From Bryobacterales bacterium (GTDB taxonomy: Bacteria > Acidobacteriota > Terriglobia > Bryobacterales > Bryobacteraceae), in the NCBI GenBank assembly GCA_016716385.1, contig JADJWL010000006.1:16399-80398 (forward strand): a DNA stretch of 64,000 nucleotides, read 5' to 3'. This document shows, piece after piece, positions 60,028 through 64,000 of this stretch (position 1 is its first letter; each line of letters starts with the position of its first letter). The translations under genes and the position numbers were made by a program. The notes beneath the pieces were generated by a model, which worked only from the letters and a program-made list of their open reading frames with translations, made no database searches and was not told where the DNA came from.

Positions 60028-61826
60028 GCGCGGATCTCCTGGCTTTCGTAGAACCGGTGCACGCGGTTGGCTGCCGCTTTCCCGACAACTCCGGCCAACT
60101 CATCCATCGTGGCCTGGCGCACCAGTTCCGGGCTGCCGAACTGCCGCAGCAGTTTCTGCACGGTGCGCGCACCCACGCCGGGGATCTGGTCGAGTTCCGA
60201 CACCAGCCGCGTGGCGTTGCGCCGCGTGCGATGGAAGGTGACGGCGAAGCGGTGGGCTTCGTCGCGCACCTGCTGCACCAGGTGCAGGATCGGCGAGAAG
60301 CGGTCGAGCACCACCGGCTCGTCTTCCTGCCCCAGCACGTAGATGATCTCCTCGCGCTTGGCGATCGACGCGAGCGGCTGGTTGATCACGCCCAGTTCTT
60401 CAAGAGCCGCGGCCGCGGAGTGCAACTGCCCGAGCCCGCCATCGATCAGGATCAGTCCCGGGAACGGGGCGTTCTCTTCGAGCAAACGGCGGTAGCGGCG
60501 TCCCACAACCTCGCGCATGCTGGCAAAATCGTCGTTGCCAGCCACCGTGCGGATGATGAACTTCCGGTAGTCGGACTTCTTCGTCTTCCCGTCTTCCCAC
60601 ACGACCATGCTGGCGACTTGGTCCGTGCCCTGCGTGTGGGAGATATCGAAGCATTCGATGCGCGAAACCGCCTCCGGCAATCCGAGAGCGTCCCGCAACG
60701 CTTCCTGAATTGCCTTGGACGACGGTTTCAACACCCGGAAGCGGGCTTCGAAGCTATGACGCGCATTGCTCATCGCGAGGGCGAGCATGGCCTTCTTCTG
60801 TCCGCGCTGCGGCGTATGGATCTCCACCTTGCGGCGGCGGCGCTCGCTGAGGAATTCTTCCAGCGTCTCGCGGTCTTCGAATTCGGCCGGGACGTGGATC
60901 ACCGAGGGCAGGTAATCCTGATCGAGGTAAATCTGCTTGAGCAGGGAAGAGAAGAACGCCGGCTCGTCGAACTCGATCTGATCTTCCCAAAAGAACTCGC
61001 GGCGGTCGACGATGCGGCCGTTGCGCAGGTGGAAGAGGTTCACGGCAACCAGCGGCGGTTCGGCATACGACGCGAAGATGTCGATGTCGCCTCCGCTGGC
61101 CGCGGCCATCTTCTGGCGCTGCGCCAGTTCCTCGATGGTCGCGAGCAGGTCGCGCAGCGCAGCCGCTTCTTCGAAGCGCAGCTCTTCGGCGGCCGTCTCC
61201 ATCCGCACGCGCAGTTCGCCGGCGAGGTCCCCGTGACGCCCTTCGAGCAGCAGACGCGTGTCGCGGACAGCGCCGGCGTACGTCTCATCGGTTGTGAGTC
61301 CCTCCACGCAGGGCCCGTGGCAGCGGTGGATGTGATACTCCAGACACGGCTTCAGGTGCTTCTTCGTTAAATCCACCTTGCAGGATGGCACTTTGAAGCG
61401 CCGGTGGATGAAGTTGAGCAGCCGGTAGGCGAGGTTGCCGGGGAAGTACGGCCCGTAGTAGGTGGCGCCGTCCTTCCGCAGGCGGCGGGTGACGTAGACG
61501 CGCGGGTACGGCTCCGCGGTCAGCTTGATGTACGGGTACGTCTTGTCGTCGCGCAGCAGGACGTTGAAGCGCGGCTTCCACTGCTTGATCAGGTTGTTCT
61601 CAAGCGCCAGCGCTTCCTTTTCGTTGTCGACGAGGATGAACTCGATGTCGCGCGCTTCGCCGATGAGGGTGCCGGTCTTGACGTCGGAGAGCTTGTCGAA
61701 GTAGCTGCGGACGCGGGCGCGGAGGTTCTTCGCCTTGCCCACGTAGATGACCCGTCCGTTGCCGTCCTTGTAGAGGTACACGCCAGGCCGGGCTGGTAGC
61801 TGGCTTACCTTCTCACGGAGGGTCAT
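60024..61826 (-). CDS. uvrC: excinuclease ABC subunit C
   Basis: GIY-YIG 'GVYLYKDGNGRVIYVGKAKNLRARV', UVR domain, endonuclease V-like 'IECFDISH', and a C-terminal (HhH)2. Confidence 0.95.
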   Translation of the reverse strand: MTLREKVSQLPARPGVYLYKDGNGRVIYVGKAKNLRARVRSYFDKLSDVKTGTLIGEARDIEFILVDNEKEALALENNLIKQWKPRFNVLLRDDKTYPYIKLTAEPYPRVYVTRRLRKDGATYYGPYFPGNLAYRLLNFIHRRFKVPSCKVDLTKKHLKPCLEYHIHRCHGPCVEGLTTDETYAGAVRDTRLLLEGRHGDLAGELRVRMETAAEELRFEEAAALRDLLATIEELAQRQKMAAASGGDIDIFASYAEPPLVAVNLFHLRNGRIVDRREFFWEDQIEFDEPAFFSSLLKQIYLDQDYLPSVIHVPAEFEDRETLEEFLSERRRRKVEIHTPQRGQKKAMLALAMSNARHSFEARFRVLKPSSKAIQEALRDALGLPEAVSRIECFDISHTQGTDQVASMVVWEDGKTKKSDYRKFIIRTVAGNDDFASMREVVGRRYRRLLEENAPFPGLILIDGGLGQLHSAAAALEELGVINQPLASIAKREEIIYVLGQEDEPVVLDRFSPILHLVQQVRDEAHRFAVTFHRTRRNATRLVSELDQIPGVGARTVQKLLRQFGSPELVRQATMDELAGVVGKAAANRVHRFYESQEIRA

Positions 61827-61851
61827 TGCGGAAGGAGATTACAATCAGATT

Positions 61852-62244
61852 ATGTCACGGAGTTGGATGTGGCTGCTCGTCCCGGTGGCCTGTGCCGGGC
61901 TGGCGCAGGAGCCTCCCCGGGTGGAGGAACCGCCCGAGGAAGACGAGACCATCGCCGCGCGTGAATACAGCTTCAATCCGCTGCAGGCTGCCAAGGAGTT
62001 GAAAGTAGGCAACTTTTACTTCAAGAAAGGCAACTACCGGGCCGCCGCTCTGCGCTTCGAGGAAGCCGCGAAGTGGGACTCCGGGTTCGCCGACGCCTAC
62101 CAGCGGTGGGGCGAGGCGCTGGAAAAGCAGGATGACGCCAAGGGCGCCGTCGCCGCCTATCGCAAGTACCTGGCAGTCGCGCCCGACGCCAGAAACGCCG
62201 GGGAGATCCGCAAGCGGATCGAAAAGCTTACGCCGCGGAAGTAG
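61852..62244 (+). CDS. small exported TPR-repeat protein
   Basis: Signal 'WLLVPVACAGLAQ' and TPR-like 'GNFYFKKGNYRAAALRFEEAAKWD...AYQRWGEALEKQDD...AVAAYRKYLAV'. Confidence 0.7.
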   Translation: MSRSWMWLLVPVACAGLAQEPPRVEEPPEEDETIAAREYSFNPLQAAKELKVGNFYFKKGNYRAAALRFEEAAKWDSGFADAYQRWGEALEKQDDAKGAVAAYRKYLAVAPDARNAGEIRKRIEKLTPRK

Positions 62245-62803
62245 AACGCCGCTTCAGCAGGCGGCTCAGCGCCGACAGCAGCCGCCGCACGCCCTTCTCC
62301 CAATCCGGAAACAGATCGATGTACTGGGTTTCGCGCTTGATGCGCCGGGGGATCGTGCACGGCTCGAGGCGGAGCGGAAGCAGGAACGCGTCGTCAAGCG
62401 GAAGGCGGCGGGCGCAGTCGAGCGCGTAGCGGATTTCCGACTGGAATGTTCCGCGCTTGCTCGCCGACGCAGTGGAAAATAACAGAGCGGCGAAGTCCGC
62501 CGTCTCGATCGCCTCTTCGATCGCGCGCGGCCAGTTCTGGCCGGGCAGCAGTTTGCGTTTGTCCATCCAGGGATCGAAGCCGGCCGCGGCCAGGGCGTCG
62601 AAGAGGCGGAGTGCGGACGCAGCGTCCTCCTCCACGTAGCCGATGAAGATTCTGGGCCGCTGGATCGAGATGAAGCGGTAGCCTCCGCGCGGCGCCCGTT
62701 CGAAGCGGCCGAGTCCGTCGATCTCGATCCGCCGCCCTTCGCGCAGGAGGTCGCGCAGCAGCGCGGTGACATCGCATTCCGCCAGCGGGTCAGGGCAGCT
62801 CAT
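62228..62803 (-). CDS. TIR-domain protein with short N-terminal HU-arm-like segment
   Basis: TIR_2-like 'RIFIGYVEEDAASALRLFDALAAAGFDPWMDKRKLLPGQNWPRAIEEAIETADFAALLFSTAS..SKRGTFQSEIRYAL', preceded by 'RRIEIDGLGRFER'. GAGGAG lies 4 nt upstream of the ATG. Confidence 0.7.
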   Translation of the reverse strand: MSCPDPLAECDVTALLRDLLREGRRIEIDGLGRFERAPRGGYRFISIQRPRIFIGYVEEDAASALRLFDALAAAGFDPWMDKRKLLPGQNWPRAIEEAIETADFAALLFSTASASKRGTFQSEIRYALDCARRLPLDDAFLLPLRLEPCTIPRRIKRETQYIDLFPDWEKGVRRLLSALSRLLKRRSTSAA

Positions 62804-62993
62804 CGGACTCCTCGAACTCGAAGCGCCAGGCTTGGCCGGGCACGAACTGGCCCAATCCCGGCAGGGGCGCCGCCTGCCCTTTGCGCAGCCGGGCCACGAT
62901 CCGGTTCACGACACGGTCGATGCGGTCGGCGGCCTCGGCCTCGGTCAGGCTGGACTGGCGCGCCAGCCGCCGTGCAAGCGCGGGTTTCTTCAT
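62790..62993 (-). CDS. small HU/IHF-like (truncated HU fold) protein
   Basis: 'MKKPALARRLARQSSLTEAEAADRIDRVVNRIVARLRKGQAAPLPGLGQF' follows the HU helix-helix-beta-arm pattern. At 67 aa it lacks the C-terminal half of HU. It overlaps the TIR gene start by 14 nt. Confidence 0.5.
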   Translation of the reverse strand: MKKPALARRLARQSSLTEAEAADRIDRVVNRIVARLRKGQAAPLPGLGQFVPGQAWRFEFEESDELP

Positions 62994-63120
62994 GGCGTCT
63001 TCAGGCTAGCAGGGGCAGGCAAGCCCGCTGCCTCCGTCCCCCGCCTGGATCAGGCCGGATCCTCAGACTGTTCAAGCAGTTGCCGCCGAACCGGGCTCTC
63101 TCGCAAAGATGTGACCGGGG

Positions 63121-63149
63121 TTGACTCCGCCCGTCCAGTTCAATACGCT
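63121..63149 (+). promoter_or_regulatory. sigma70-like promoter candidate for rrf2-cysK (TTGACT-17-TACGCT)
   Basis: Hexamers were read directly. The -10 ends 17 nt before ATG 63167, implying a very short leader. Confidence 0.35.
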
Positions 63150-63166
63150 CCTAGTGAGATCAGTCC

Positions 63167-63592
63167 ATGAATATTTCGGTTAAGGGCGAGTACGCTCTCC
63201 AGGCGGTGTTCGATCTGGCCGCGCAGCCGGCGGGAACTCCCGTCAAGATCGCCGACATCGCGACCCGTCAGAACATCCCCCAGAAGTTTCTGGAATTGAT
63301 TCTGGCGAGCCTCAAGCAGGGCGGCTTTGTCGAATCCAGACGCGGCGCCGAGGGCGGTTACCTGCTGGCCCGTCCGCCCGCAGCCATTACGGTGGGGGAA
63401 GTGCTACGCTTTTTCGAGGGGGCGCAGAACGGACGGACGCGGGGGCGCCGCAAGACGGATTCTCCTTTCGCAGAGTTATGGCGCCAGGTGGATGACGCGG
63501 TCTCTTCCGTCGTGGACCACGCCACGTTCGCCGATCTGCATCGCCAGTGGACCGAAAAACAGCAGAAGTTCGTGCCGAATTGGGAGATTTAA
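63167..63592 (+). CDS. Rrf2-family transcriptional regulator (CymR/IscR-like)
   Basis: '[15 protein letters not shown]', wHTH '[43 protein letters not shown]'. Confidence 0.88.
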   Translation: MNISVKGEYALQAVFDLAAQPAGTPVKIADIATRQNIPQKFLELILASLKQGGFVESRRGAEGGYLLARPPAAITVGEVLRFFEGAQNGRTRGRRKTDSPFAELWRQVDDAVSSVVDHATFADLHRQWTEKQQKFVPNWEI

Positions 63593-63596
63593 CCGC

Positions 63597-64000
63597 GTGA
63601 TTTTCGCCGACAACTCACTAAGCATCGGGCGTACTCCGCTCGTCCGATTGAACCGGGTCACCGATGGCGCTCCTGCCACGGTGTTTGCCAAGATCGAAGG
63701 CCGCAATCCGGCCTACTCCGTCAAATGCCGCATCGGCGCGTCGATGATCTGGGACGCCGAGAAGCGCGGCATCCTGGGGCCGGGGAAAGAGATTATCGAG
63801 CCGACGAGTGGAAACACCGGCATTGCGCTTGCCTTCGTGGCGGCGGCGCGCGGCTATCCCTGCACGCTGACCATGCCCGAGACGATGTCGCTCGAGCGGC
63901 GCAAGGTGTTGCGGGCGTTTGGGGCGAAGCTCGTGCTCACCGAGGGCATGCGCGGCATGGCCGGTGCGATCGCCAAGGCCGAGGAAATTCTGCACTCCGA
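63597..64000 (+). CDS. cysK: cysteine synthase A (O-acetylserine sulfhydrylase), 5' part; continues beyond the window
   Basis: My own translation from GTG 63597 reads '[42 protein letters not shown]...[20 protein letters not shown]', with the PLP lysine in SVKCR. It is absent from the ORF track because it has no ATG and no stop in the window. Confidence 0.92.
   Translation, partial: MIFADNSLSIGRTPLVRLNRVTDGAPATVFAKIEGRNPAYSVKCRIGASMIWDAEKRGILGPGKEIIEPTSGNTGIALAFVAAARGYPCTLTMPETMSLERRKVLRAFGAKLVLTEGMRGMAGAIAKAEEILHS

Noticed and set aside
62266-62777. Alternative-frame minus-strand ORFs (168 aa and 127 aa) inside the TIR gene
   Set aside because: Their translations are Arg/Ala/Ser-rich without motifs, whereas the 62228-62803 frame gives a clean TIR_2-like sequence with a proper Shine-Dalgarno.

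Overview
GC-rich (about two-thirds G+C by eye, not computed), gene-dense chromosomal window with about 60 protein genes, two adjacent tRNA-type genes and no rRNA, CRISPR array, transposase, integrase or phage-like gene. Stop/start overlaps (ATGA, GTGA) are common. Gene content and signal-peptide style suggest a soil Acidobacteriota-like bacterium; this is a low-confidence inference. Main blocks: a HerA-like ATPase fragment, ltaE, ubiE, a BNR protein plus SSS transporter, argS, acnA, an LD-carboxypeptidase and a 5-PAS hybrid histidine kinase. A minus-strand nucleoside-catabolism operon follows (pdp-nupC-punA-cdd-deaminase). Next are mtaB, a PHP protein, an Fe(III)-type ABC importer, a triple-RidA lipoprotein divergent from a Tat-exported PLP enzyme, and an ArsA/Get3-like ATPase with a small coupled ORF. 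Then come gpx, a GYD protein, cytochrome c plus a PQQ dehydrogenase, the tRNA pair, and padR with a TolC-RND-MFP-cytochrome c operon. After these are a split acyl-CoA mutase, a NYN-LOTUS protein, flbD-motA-motB, rpsO-pnp, three amidohydrolases and a Gfo/Idh/MocA oxidoreductase. The window ends with a tightly coupled uvrC / ABC-2 permease / POTRA-only / lipoprotein / ackA string, a TPR protein, a small HU-like plus TIR-domain cassette, and rrf2-cysK. Most notable: (1) a 96-nt tRNA-shaped gene with a Cys anticodon (GCA) but a tRNASec/allo-tRNA-like D arm and a very long variable arm, 55 nt upstream of a canonical tRNA-Cys; (2) the two-gene HU-like/TIR cassette; (3) a single-chain triple RidA lipoprotein paired with an exported class-V PLP enzyme; (4) a PQQ dehydrogenase carrying the lanthanide-type Asp signature. 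All calls rest on reading the translated ORFs and sequence by eye; no database search was run.
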